DNA of 64,000 nucleotides. Origin: Magallana gigas. Lineage: Eukaryota. The notes below the pieces were generated by a model, which was not told where the DNA came from, did no database searches, and saw only the letters and a program-made list of their open reading frames with translations. The stretch lies in NCBI RefSeq assembly GCF_963853765.1, contig NC_088857.1:48236001-48300000 (forward strand). Direction: 5' to 3'. The translations under genes were made by a program, and so were the position numbers. Below are positions 49,805 through 62,844 of the stretch, piece after piece (within the stretch, counting starts at the first letter, position 1; every line of letters begins with the position of its first letter).

Positions 49805-52800
49805 TCACAGTTCCCCATGTTTATTGTTTTTTCTGTTTCCATTGTCCCTTACTCCATTCTTGTTGTAAGTTTCTTTTACAAATTCTAACTCTTTTTCAGA
49901 TATATCATTATTTTGTAGATGCTCTGAATCCAAATCATTTGCTTCTACATGTATTTTTATATTAATTCCAATATCCTTCACATCAGTCAAAAAATTAGCT
50001 CCTTCTTTGTTCACATTCCTTTCTTCAGCTTCTTCAAAGTAGTCAAATTTTTCATTTTCTTCACCAGACCCTAAAGTTTCTCCTTGAACAACATTTTGTG
50101 GTGCCATTTTTTTCCAGGCTTGCAGGCGGGCCAGCTCCTGTGTGTTTGGGTCCATGGTGTACCACATAGCAATGGCACAGCGGCGACCCTTGGTGACCGC
50201 TCGCACCCCGTGGTAATCGCCGGCGTTAAACCCAACCATCCTCCCACACCTGGGGGGAACAGTCACCTGGAAGATTGTTTTAGTAACATTACAGAAACTG
50301 AAGAGGAGCTGTCAAATGCATGTCTCAATTCTTTGGGTTTTTTTTCTAAATATATATCTGAGTATGAAGTTTAAAAATGATATGAAATAGGAACTGTCAA
50401 ACATCTTCCTGAATTACTATCTTCATTATTTTAAATACATTAAAGTATGAATCAGTTTGAAAATTTTAAGATAGTTAAGCACAGAAAATATGCATTGGGT
50501 ATTAAAAACAAATTTGTCTTTATTTTTCCATTTTCAATGTTTATACTGATAAATATAGAAGTTTATAATACTATGTCAAAATTTGAAACTCAAACATCAA
50601 GTTATAAGCAAGATACAGAGTTCATAATTCTTTGTTTTGTAAACAAAGCTCAAATATTTTTAAATTTTTAAAATATTTTTTTTAAATATGTGTTGTATTG
50701 GTGTAAGTTTCAATCAAATGTACTTTCTTTTGTTGATAATAGTATTTACGAAGATTTTGAATTAGTTTAAAATTGTTTTTTTACATGTCATTTTGTCTAA
50801 GAAATGTAAAATTCTACATTACATTTTTTGTAAACAACTATAAGACTCGAGCTTTGTTTACATAACTATCAATTCTTACCTCTGTATCTCGCTTGTAACT
50901 TGTATTTAACATTTAATATTTTGGTCAATCATTTAAAATGCACCAGAAAACCATTTTATGCATAAAAAATAAAGATAAAATTGTTGATCTCAAATCATGT
51001 CAAAGTCCTTTTAACAAGTTCATCAACAAGTGTTTTATACCAAAATTTAACAGATAAATTTTGTCGACAAACATAATTTTGCAGGTTTACTAAAAATAAA
51101 ACCCCAGAAAATAGGATGTGATAAATAAAATCAAAGTACTGAAGTACTGACGGGAGTTGATTTTATCGATTATTATTAATTTTAAAATCAACGATATGTA
51201 ATTTTTCAAGCATGGTAAGTAAATTCCTATAAGTATTTGAATTACGCACATTTTTTATAATATGAATTCTCCTACAGGAAATTCGTGAAAATCCAATATC
51301 AATCATGTTGTGTATTATTCGAAGAATTAGTCCATAAAACTGCGTATCAGTAATCGAAATAGCTATTATGAGAAATTGTATGGATCCAAGCAAAATTGAA
51401 CTCTATTCTCGTTCAACCAGACACTCAGCTGTATCCGTTAATCTCCGACAAGCAAGAGAGACTCTCTGCTTGTCGGAGATTAACGGAGACAGCCGAGCGT
51501 CTGGTTGAACGAGACTATACAATTGCAACTTCTCGGGCCTTTCCGACAGGCTCTGAAAAACACCTTGAATGTATTAACATCACCGGATGTTAGAATTTTA
51601 TACAAAATGGAGTCGCTTCCCATTAAAATAAGTATCGGCTAGACAGTCTTGTATGTCGCTTCTGTGTTATATTTTAGTGTATATCGTTTACTTTAATGAA
51701 GCTCACATCTCAACAGATCATGAAATGTGTTGTATTTATATCAAGTTCTATAAAAAGGGGGGTTGTCATGGACGCCTAGGTAATACATTTGAGGTGTTTA
51801 TCCAAGCCTGCCGGAAAGGCCTGAGAAGTTGCGATTGCGAGACTATATTGAACTCTGGCGTAGGAATACATAAACTGTACGACTTCAAAAAATATCTAAA
51901 TTGTTCGTACCATTTAAAATCTGACTATTTACAAGGTATCTATAAATTAGTTTCCTTGAAAAACAATGCTTAAGAACTCATTACATCGAATTTATTGATT
52001 AGAACTAGATGTTGTCAGCGGTGTTGATTTGTGCTTAGGTCCAAACACTGTTTCACTTTCGGTTTGCCTGAGTAACTGCATAGGAGAGTTGATTAAAATC
52101 AACTCCAAAAAACTGATATTAAACTAAATGATAAACCTAATAGAATTAATGCAAAATATGATAGATTGATCACATTATGGAACAATACACACACACACAC
52201 AATACAATGGGATTCATGCGCAATAGGATAGGATTGTAAAAAAAATAACATTGTACTGTTTATGATGGAAAAGGGAACCTTGAAAAAGTTATAAAAAATC
52301 TCTAACAAACCTGTTCTGTTCTGTTGCCATGGGCAAAGAAAAATTCCCCTCCCATGAAATCAGGATTACCATTTAGGTACAGCACAGCACTATAAAGAAA
52401 TATCTTTTTATCTATCTTAAAAATTTGTATTAAACATGTACCGGTAATAGCTAAAACAAGAGTAAAAAAAAACGAAAATGTAATAACACACTTTACTATC
52501 AGGATTATACATGCTAGTCGTTTTGATACCAAATTGGAAAACCACTCCGAAATTTAAGTATTTTGCTTTTTTTATTGTTAAAGAAAACAAATAAGGTACC
52601 TGTAATCTCTTGCAATGTATGCTGGGAATTGACGCAAGCAGGTCCCATCCGGTTGAATCAGGCAGTTGTCAGCATGAACTGGATGACTCAAGTCTCTTCG
52701 CTCTTCATTATCCTCTAAAATTTGGAAATGATCTCTCTAATTTTTTTTAAAAATTCTAAATTCTGAAGAAACATAAACATTTACTGTGTAATACTGCATG

Positions 52801-55800
52801 CATAAAGTCCTTGAAATCAGTGTTTGATAAAAATGCAATGCACAGATCAAAACAATATCAGGTTTCTATCCTACTACTGGAATTCTCAATGGTTTGGCTA
52901 CTACAGTAAAACATGCTTATAATAAAGCACCAAGGACAAGCAATTTTGATTCATTGTACTAACATTAATTAATCTATATCATAATTTATTGTATCTATAT
53001 AAGTTAATGATACAATTTTAAGATAAGAGGAATCAAACTGACTTTGCTGTAATTAAAGGTTGAATTCATTGTAAACTAGTTCACTGAATTATGTCTGACT
53101 GTATATGGGTACCTTCAATGGCTGTCCGGCAGACCAGGTGTGTAAAATCAAAGTAGAGAGGGCGGGTCAGGTTAAAGAAGTTCTCAACAAGAACTCGAGC
53201 CTGCTCACTTTTTCTCAAAAACAACTGCACCAAGTCTTTGGGTAATTTGCCTGATCTCACCAGCTAAAAGTCATAACAAATCACAATGCTCAAATCTCAG
53301 ATATGAATTCTGACAGCTTAACATTATGAAAAAAAAACAATTATCTATTGAACTTAAATGAATATCTTATTTTATAAGAATAAATCATATAGATAGAAAA
53401 GTGTTTCATCTCTACATTTTTAATTTACAAAAAACATCAATGTCCAGTATTATCATGCACTTACTAACAGATAACAGAAAAGAAAGAGGTATATCTTCAA
53501 GAGAGTTCAGCCTGCGTGTTAAATTAAGTACAAGCAAATCATGTACAGGAAGAGTCCGTAGGGCCTAAACAATCACCCGATAAAAATTTATCCTCTTAAT
53601 ACATGTGACTTAGAGCATTATTTCTAAGTCAACAGCAAACTCTATTATTATAAAAAATTGGTGAGGATTTGAACTGAGGAAATTTACTATGAGGATTGAT
53701 CCAAATGTAACGTCGAACAATGCTTTTTATGGGCACTGCATCACAGATAATTATATATTCAAGATTCAAACTAAATTCTGAGATAACGAAAAAGATGTTA
53801 TTGCATAAAAAGTTATATATGATATCACTGCATCATAAATTAGAGTCTACGTTGGTTTGATGTTTTTATCCTATAGTAAATTACAGTTAAAAAATTCTAA
53901 AAGCTCCAAGCCTCACAATACTTTAGAACAGATTTAGATTTGACTTTTTTCGACTGTTGCTGATTTTGAACATTTTTGTGTGTGTAAAACAATCATGTAT
54001 AATGGGCAAAAAACAAATGGCTTTTATTCATGAAATGGATGAAAAAAACCATGCATTACATTTGCAAAAATATAAATTCTATAAAGAAAGAATTCAAAGA
54101 CGTTGAAATTCTAGAATCTGAGAGAATAAAATGAGAAGAATGCCCCAATACATGTATTTATAACACTTGCAGAAGAGTTTTTTTGAAAAAGTGTTGATAG
54201 TTGATAGATGCTGGATTAAAACATTCATTACAAACCTGGGTAGCCCTACCAACCGTGATGCCCTCAAACATTTCAAGATTAGTGTGAGGCGATATTTTGT
54301 TGGGCCCTGATTCCGTTTTCCCTTTGTATCCATCACCTTCAAGTCCACCTCTCTATATGAAGATAATACAAGCCACCTCTATCAAAATTAGCACAATAAG
54401 CTAATGGCAGTCGGAGGCAATGAAACCAATGAGAACCAAATTAAGCCACTTTAATATGATTAAAGTATTAAAATTTTGTAAACTTTTGGCTATAGCAAAG
54501 AAGTCCATATCAGTTCTCAATTCCATATCATAACTCTCATAAATATACCTACAGACACATATAACTTCTTTTTTTTCAATGATTAACAAGATGAACATAT
54601 ATTGAAAGGTAAAAATTTATCAATCAAATTGATGATTACAACAAAACTTGTATGTTACATGAATATGCTGACTATGCAGTCCCAAAACAGTTTTGCAAAT
54701 ATGACTGGCTGTAGGTTGACATTGATCTCATTTCAGTAACCACTCATGCATGCATAAAATACTGATCGTTAATTAGTCTCGTTAACCACTGCAGTCACCT
54801 TGCTCTGATCTTTGAAGCATAGCTGTCAATTGCAGAGTCTCTACTGTAACTCTCTATACATCTCCAAATTAAAATATTAAATATGACTGAAATATGACCC
54901 TGAATCATAAAATATCAGGTAAAGTATTGACAACCTGTTCCCTTACATGTACCGGTATATCTGTGATGTTTATGTTTGGCAGACTTTTTTGACATTGTGA
55001 TATATAGTGAATTATACATACCTTTTTCCATATACACCCTGTATTAGCTGCAATAATGTAGCCCTCTCCTGATTTTTTTTCTCTCCAGTAAACATCAGAT
55101 ATAAAAAATTGGAGAGGGCTACATTATTGCAGCTAATCCTGTATCAGCCCAAGACACCAATATCAGCCAGAGGGCTGAAGGCCCGAGGGTTGATATTCAT
55201 TAACGCGATTATACATTTATCATGAACATCTTTTATCTTTTCATATCGTGTATCAATCCTATCCTATTGTGCGTGTATACTGTTCTATTGTTTATATTGC
55301 AAAAAATAACGTTGCGGGTGCTGTATGTAATGAATTAATATATAATTATTAGACTTGGTATTTACTACATCTTAAAAATTGGCCTCGTCTAAAAAGAGAT
55401 GTTGCAACCAAAATTTTTATCAAAATTTAAGATTTGTGGTAAACTACTTTTTCTATGAAAATATTATTTAATAAAATAAATAAACCACAATGATCAGACA
55501 TATTCAATAATTTGATTACAGCTAACTCTCACAAATCATTTTGAAAAACAGTTTTACATACAATATTACAAAGATTTTACAAAATAACACATGTATTTTA
55601 AGCATAGCTACATTAGCTAGCTATAGGTAAGGAATTGACTAGGAAATGTTAATTGAGTCTGGACCAACAGCTATGCAACAAGGAAAACAGTCAACAATCT
55701 ATGGCTAAACACATTACTTTGACCTAAATAATCAAATCTTAGTAAATTAAAACAATATGATACAAATTATATAAGGAATTTCAACTCTAGCAGTTATACA

Positions 55801-58800
55801 CAATCTTTAAATACCGGTAGTTACATACTATCATTACTATTAATTACAATGAAAACTGGTCTACCCATTAGGTACATGTACCTATTTAAAAACATTAATG
55901 TTTTAGCTCGGAGGTGTCAAAACCAGAATACATCTAAACAAATACATAATTATTTACATTTTTAGTTCTAAATATATCAGCATCAAACCTATCCCCCACG
56001 GGCATGCATAATATTATTACAATATAAAACTTTTACCATAAAACCTGGCCTAAATCAATAATATTAATAGAATTATAATTAGTCTAGCGAAACTGAATAT
56101 TATTAAAGTGTTGATAAACACTGCGAATGTATTTGGGAGGAGTAAGCAAGATGAAATAGCCCAAACCACTCAAATCTACACATCATATTCCTGAAGATTT
56201 CTTTTTTAATAACAGAAAAACGAAAAAAAACTCAAGATTTTGGAATTTTTTGTAAAATAAAAATAAAATTGTAAAATTTCACTGTATACAATTTTCATAA
56301 AAATTTCCAGTACCAAACACATTTTGAGTGGTGATCAATGATGTGTACATTTTGACAATTCAGTATATGCTACACCACGCCCAGTGGGCTACCTTTTGGG
56401 CTCGCTCCGCAGACAAACCAGTGAATACTTCGTTATGAGTCAATGGAGATTTGTCTCCCCTATAACCATCTCCCTCCAAACCTCCAGCCTAAAACAGGGG
56501 GTTCATGGTAATCAGATTCCAATAGATCTTAGAACCCTTGTGTCTTTTAGTATTCAAAAACCAATATCTCTAGAAGTCAGATACCAATATCTCTTGGTGT
56601 TCAGATACCAATATCTCAAGTATTTAGATACCAATATCTCAAGTATTTAGATACCAATATCTCAAGTATTTAGATACCAATATATCAAGTATTTAGATAA
56701 CAATATCTCAAGTATTTGGATACCAATATCTCAAGTATTTAGATACCAATATATCAAGTATTTAGATACCAATATCTTTTAATATCTAGATACTGATATC
56801 ATTTAATATTTAGATACCAATATATCAAGTATTTAGATACCAATATCTTTTAATATCTAGATACCAATAACATTTAATATTTAGATACCCATACCTCTAG
56901 TATTCAGATATTTGAGTATATGGGTTTTATGTTTACCGGTACCTAATCTTTGTCAGAAATATTAATGTTGTCAGAATAAGTGTATTTCTATCAAAATTAA
57001 GAATTATTATCCAACCGAATTACTTTGAATATGGATAAGGCCACACCAATAAAATTTCCTGTTCGTCAGACCCCACGCTCTCGTATTTAAATAAAACTCA
57101 AGAAATAATATTATTATTAACTTCCCTCACCCAGGAAATTCTGCACTGTTTTCTGTTCTATTTCTGCTCTATTTTTTAAATAGTTTTAATTTATATAAAT
57201 CAGAAACAAGAAGAAAAAATATAACCGTTCGCACAAATCTTTTATGTATCGCCTTAACATTTTGGCAACAAACAAAAATAATTTAATTTTTTAATCGCTC
57301 GCCCACTCATACCTTTCTTCACTGGATGTCCAACAAAGTAGAAATTATATTGGTGTGGCCTAATTTTGCAAGGAAAAAATTTATCAATTTTTTGGTTACA
57401 AGGCCTTTGTGTGTAGGTTATTTTGAAAAAATTGACTAAAATATATCAGTCAAAGCGTAATGCAGTTCATGTACTTCTTTTTTAAATTATTCAAATAATG
57501 ATAAATTTTGCAAAACTGTCAAATGAAGTTTTATACAAGTACATTTCATATCCCCATTCCCCATCAAACATAGGCAATTATGCCACACATTCTCATATGT
57601 ATTACCTTTCATATGAGAATTACATGATAATCATATATGTATCGTATGTATATCAATGCTATTTTTCAACCAATCATATGATCCACATATGTAGACCATA
57701 TGTGGCGAAGTTGCCTTTGTATGATGTCAAATGCAACTTGGTGTAAAGCAAGTTTATTTCTTTATTGCAATTCTAATTACATTCATTCATTTATTTATCT
57801 TGCTGTATTCATCTGACTCCACTTTATAATGTATAAAACAACTGATAAAGACATTGCTTTGTTATAACATATACACCTCATGATTTCTTACCTCCAACAG
57901 AGATATCAGTTTTTGACATTCTCCCTCAGTCATGAGCCCATCAGCTACAAATCTTTCTTTACCATGAAGTTCTTGACCACTCTGTACAATAGAGACACCT
58001 AAAGAGAGAAAGAAACCTACAAGTTCTGCAGACATAATGTCTTTGGATATTAACATCTTAATATAGATATTGATACAGAAAAGAAATATACAGGTCCAAA
58101 AGTATAATAACTATAGATTATCTAATTAGATTGCCCTCTATGGAATCATAAACATACATATTATCAATTGTCTCTGTCTATTTGTCTATATCAAATAAGA
58201 AATAATTTAACATTCCCAGGGTGCAAAAGTTTTTCAATCAAAATGTAGCTCAACACAATCAAATAACTTCAGTTATGCATTCATGACTATAGAATTATAC
58301 AAATAACTTCATGTATGCATACATCTTAAATGACTGTCTCTAACCTTCATCTTTGATTTCTTCTATCCTCTTTAAATGATCTATATGAAGTTTGCGGACT
58401 TTTTCTTCATCAAGGTCATTAAGGAATCTCATGGCGTGACGGTACTCTGGATTGTCCTTGGCCTTCTCTGTGGTAAAGGTCATCAATATAACACATCGTT
58501 GTGAGGCAGGGGGCGTAACCATGTGCTTGTCCAAGGTCTCAAACACTATGAAATGGCCCCTTTTTGGACGAACATGAGCCTACAAGCAATTTAACATTAT
58601 TTAATCAATGTTAATACTTGAAACTAGCATTCAAACTTTTTTATGGTAATGTCACCAATATTCGTTGAATACCAATTTTCATGGATTTCGATATTGAGTT
58701 GATCAACAATATTGAACGTTCATCGAAATGCAATTTCCAGTGACAAATTGTATTGTCCACAAGCTTTCACATCCTAGAAACAGTTTTTTTAAAACTGAAT

Positions 58801-61125
58801 TTCATTAAATTCACTAAAATTGTTGCCTACCAATGTTGATGAAACCACAGTAAAACACTTTTAAATTAAATTTTAAAAAATCCTATATCTAATAAACTTG
58901 CTCTTTGATATCAAAGTCGGACTACTATCAGTTTGTAAAATTTAGCGTGTTAACTTTAATACTGATATAAGAAATTAAATAAGACATTACAATCACTACA
59001 CAGCCATTTGTGCATTATGTGAATTTCAGAGTGAAAAGAGCATCTACAAAATGTATTTGCATTTCACATCAATTTCTTGTGTGAAATTCACTGGATGACT
59101 ACATTGTATACTGTATACAGGGAAATATTTGCCCCTGTTTTATTTTCGCTCCTTTAGCCCTTGTTGTTGGTGGGCAAATATAAGACTAGTGAATTTCACT
59201 GTTTCAAATTATTTCTCTTTAAACATACTGTGACTGGGCGAATTCAAGACGGGGCGAAACTGTTTGCAAGTGAAGAAGGGCAAAAATTACATGAGGTGAA
59301 AATAATTTTGTTTATAGTACCCTATTGAGCAATCCAGCAAGCTATTTAAACTCTGTATTTTACTGTAGCTTGAAAAATTCTTTGCAAATGACCAATCAAA
59401 ATGAATATGCACTTCATCATGTGATGAGACATGACTGCCTGTGAACGTGTATAACTGTATATGTAATTGTAGAGAGTCTTACCATCTCCTTATTCTTCCT
59501 GTTTAGGAAAACTGTCTCTCCACCCTTGTCTACATCATTGATAAACAGTACTGCTCTGCAAAATGGAAATCAAATTCGTTATCATACAAGATCATGCTTT
59601 TGTAAAGGAGTCAAAAACTTATCAAATCGCTATAAACAAAATCCCAAAAAAATTGCAGAACACTTTGTAAGGGAAGAATCGGTGTGGTGAAAGATCTAGC
59701 TGGTAATTCATTTTGCCTGTTTTCACTTTTGTAGTAATACTGTGGAATTTTATTTGTGGGGGTCAATGTTCGTTGGTAGCCAGAATTTTGCTGTTTTGTG
59801 GAGGCGTAGTTTTATTGGTAGCAAGTTCAGGATACTTTTAATGAAAATTAAACAAATTCTTGTAAATACGTTTGTGGGGATGTAAATTTGTGGGCAAGGG
59901 TTACCAACGAAAGCCAGGAACATTGGTCCCACACGAACAAAGATGATTCCACAGGATTTGATTTTCGTGCTCCTTATTCTTTATACATGTATATCTGAAC
60001 TTCAAGTACCCCATGTACATCACTGAATTACCATACAAATGATCTTTCTAACTGTCCCTCCACCACTCCCCCAAAAATGAATCATTGATAAATTTTACCC
60101 AATCACAAACATTCAGCTTTATATTTATACAGAATTCCTATTTACAAATTATTTAATCTTTTCCCTGTTTACAAATTTGAGCCATAATTTACAAGATGGA
60201 TCCTTAACTAAATTAAAACTGACCCACTGTCTACAAAAATTCATCTGGATCCTCATCCTTAATCCCTATGCATAATTTAAATAAACTATTGCTTCATATA
60301 AAATTTATATTATAAATTCATCCAAATCCCTATTCAGATTAAAACTGACCTACTGATTTATAATATTTCATCCGAGTTCCCAACTAGACTAGAAATGACA
60401 TAGTTGAGCTAACATAAATTCATCTGGATCCTCATCAACATTAAAATTTACTACTGTCTCACATAAATTTATCTGGATACCATCAAGATTAGAACTGATA
60501 CTTTGCCTTACATAAATCCATCTGGATTCACTGCTTTACATGAATTCATCTGGATCTCATCCATACTTGAAATGACTTTAGTATTGCCTTACATAAATTC
60601 ATCTGGATCCCCATCCAGATGTTCCTGTTCCAGATCCAAACAATTCCCATCCTCCTGAGGGAAACAGCTGCTTCCTGTTTCCTTTTCTTCATCTGTAAAC
60701 AAAAAAAATAAAGGCCAAATTATAATTAATAAAAGACAATATTATCATTAAGAAGGACAATATCATATAACCAATTAAAAGAAATATCATATTTCATTAC
60801 AGTAATATCAAAATAAATTAAAGGTAATATGGCAGTAAATAAATCTTTTTAAATAAGTTCCAAATAAACCACAGAGAACAAAATTCTATGCATGGTCCTA
60901 GAATTTGCAATTACTCTGTGACAGTTGAGGGGAAGGAACTCCTGGTAAATAGATGACCACATTATTGTTACCTGTTAGTTCGGTAGGTCTCCTACACACA
61001 AGCTTTGTTTCCTTAGTGTAAAAGCTGCTCTGGTTGAAGAACTTAGAGGTATAAAACCTTACTGCCTCACTCAGTTTCAGGAACAGTCGCAGTGTTATCT
61101 CCAAGTCTGGGTCCCCCTTCACAGC
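49805..61125 (-). CDS. Prolyl 3-hydroxylase / leprecan-like protein, 3' part (two tandem 2OG-Fe(II) dioxygenase-like domains); N-terminal exons not found in the window
   Basis: Exons (minus): 60972-61125, 60593-60692, 59483-59555, 58345-58579, 57892-57998, 54236-54352, 53113-53263, 52600-52714, 52311-52389, 49805-50266. Total 1593 nt, 530 aa in frame. The C-terminal domain has GDGY...SPHT, YFDFTHLVCRTA, DLSHPVHADNC (HxD), AVLYLNG, YHGVRAVTKGRRCAIAMWYT, and ends in KHGEL. Confidence 0.92.
50560..51015. mobile_element. Degenerate TTAA-type MITE of the same family as 25372-25880
   Basis: Shared blocks AAGTTATAAGCAAGATACAGAG, TTTGTAAACAAAGCTC, CTTTGTTTACATAAC and ATCTCGCTTGTAACTTG. Confidence 0.55.
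51404..51517. mobile_element. 114-bp fold-back MITE (TAGTCTCG...CGAGACTA type)
   Basis: About 53-bp arms TCTCGTTCAACCAGAC.CTC.GCTGT.TCCGTTAATCTCCGACAAGCA and their reverse complement. It abuts a second TIR element extending to ~51847. Confidence 0.75.
55047..55137. repeat. Inverted repeat (MITE remnant)
   Basis: ATTAGCTGCAATAATGTAGCCCTCTCC ... GGAGAGGGCTACATTATTGCAGCTAAT, 27-bp perfect arms. Confidence 0.75.
56577..56910. repeat. 22-bp minisatellite (about 14 copies)
   Basis: AGATACCAATATCTCAAGTATTT-like units. Confidence 0.9.
57039..57360. mobile_element. PIF/Harbinger-type MITE
   Basis: TIRs GGCCACACCAAT / ATTGGTGTGGCC with TAA on both flanks (3-bp TWA TSD). Confidence 0.75.
59109..59318. 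mobile_element. Short MITE-like repeat (TACTGTATACAGGG...ATAGTA)
   Basis: Degenerate terminal inverted repeats, TA ends and internal GGGCGAA motifs. Confidence 0.45.
59738..59955. mobile_element. TA-flanked mariner-type MITE, same family as 29637-29850
   Basis: TACTGTGGAATTT...GATGATTCCACAG. The interior is the reverse complement of the 29637 copy (GGTAGCCA.AATTTT.CTG.TTT.GTGG). Confidence 0.65.
60170..60630. repeat. Degenerate ~50-60-bp tandem repeat continuous with the end of a P3H exon
   Basis: About eight copies of ACATAAATTCATCTGGATCC(T/C)CATC-like cores. Confidence 0.75.
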
Positions 61126-61816
61126 CTAAGGATATCCCCAAAAGAATATATCTGATTTTCAAATTAATATTCAGACAATTTAATGCTTTAGTAATTTCCC
61201 CCTCTTGTTGTATAGCTGTAGCCAACAGACTGTAGATAAAGAAACTCTCAGGTAGCTTATTCTAAATAGGCAAGTCTTTGCACTAGTTCTAAATATGCAA
61301 AAGATATCTATTCAACACAAATAATATACTGTGGAATCATCATTGTTCATGGAAAGTTTCAACAATGATGGAAACAATGAACAGACAATAAACAAATTCT
61401 AATAAGAAAAGCTCACTTGAGCCTTTGGCTCGGGTTAGCTACAGTACAGCTCACGAGTATCCCGACAAAAACACCGACCACCGTGTTCAAAAGTCCACGC
61501 TGAGCGTGGAAGTGTCGGTACCTTTGATCTATTGTTCTCTGTTACGGCCACGAAACGAGAAAAAACACGGTGCGACACGGTGCAACGCGATGCAACACGG
61601 ACAGTTACACGGTGTAACACGCGGTATTTACCTGTGAAAAAAGGAGGATTTAGGAATAAAACTTATAAAGAATAAAATATTTATTGATGTACGTAAGAGA
61701 ATTAGAGAAAAAGACAAAGAAATAGAAATAAATAAATAAATAAATTTTTTAGGCACGCAATTTTCAGACGTATGCGATTGTTACGGTTGATATTTGTTGT
61801 TATTAAGAAGTTCTTA

Positions 61817-61988
61817 ATTTGAATTTTAAAAAAGAAAATAAAGTGTTAGTGTTTTATTTGATCAAACCTTTATGTTGGCGATATCGATTTTTTTGTTCAT
61901 AATAAGAACAAAAAAAATCGATATCGCCAACATAAAGGTTTGATCAAATAAAACACTAACACTTTATTTTCCTTTTTAAAATTCAAAT
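61817..61988. repeat. Near-perfect 172-bp palindrome
   Basis: About 82-bp arms with one mismatch and one indel around a 7-nt loop (ATAATAA). Confidence 0.92.
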
Positions 61989-62410
61989 ACACTGTTCCAT
62001 AAGTTTTTGTTTTTGTGTCAGTCCGTTTTTAAACGTAGTAGTAATCGTAGTTACTGTAGATTGGCAGTTTCAATAGTGCATAGAATCATAACTGTGATCT
62101 TCTCTCACTTATACTCTATTCAACGATAACAAATCTAACGGGTTGTTGAAAACAACTGTACTTTCTCTAAATAATATAATTATACAGTTTTATATTTTTC
62201 AAATTTTCTTTCTTTTATACATATGTGACAGTGTGATGTACTTGTCCATGTAGTACCGCACGGTACATATTCATAGCGCTTAGATTCCGTGGATCGGTAC
62301 TTGATAATTTTTTATTTCATCTTTATAAGCAACTTGAGTTTAGAAATTATTTGTGTTCCAACAAACTACTCAGTATTGCAATAATTATGTTTGATTGTTT
62401 AATTATAGTC

Positions 62411-62414
<4 letters not shown>

Positions 62415-62466
<52 letters not shown>
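62415..62466. repeat. (GA)n microsatellite
   Basis: Direct reading. Confidence 0.95.
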
Positions 62467-62469
<3 letters not shown>

Positions 62470-62788
62470 CTGGTATGAGTTTAATTTTAAGTACATTTCA
62501 CTTGTAATTCAGTGTAATAAGTTAGATTTATAGTTTTCCTTATATTGAACCATTTTCCCTAAAACTGCGATAGAATCTATGCAGTCAGAGTCCACGTGCT
62601 ATCCTTGTCAATCAAATCAGCCCGCGAGATAGACCACGTGCTCCTTCCATGATAAGGAATAAATGTCGTTGTATTGTTTTTTTAAGTCCGCAAAATAGAA
62701 AAATATTTAACGATAAAGTATTTAGTGTTTGAAATGTTTAGTTTTTCATTCTTATACTGCATGGATGAGGGTTCGAATATTGCGCTGT

Positions 62789-62792
<4 letters not shown>

Positions 62793-62841
<49 letters not shown>
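62793..62841. repeat. (CT)n microsatellite
   Basis: Direct reading. Confidence 0.95.

Positions 62842-62844
<3 letters not shown>

Noticed and set aside
61175-61235. Candidate further upstream P3H exon (SVGYSYTTRGEITKALN)
   Set aside because: The only nearby donor is weak and out of phase with exon 60972-61125.
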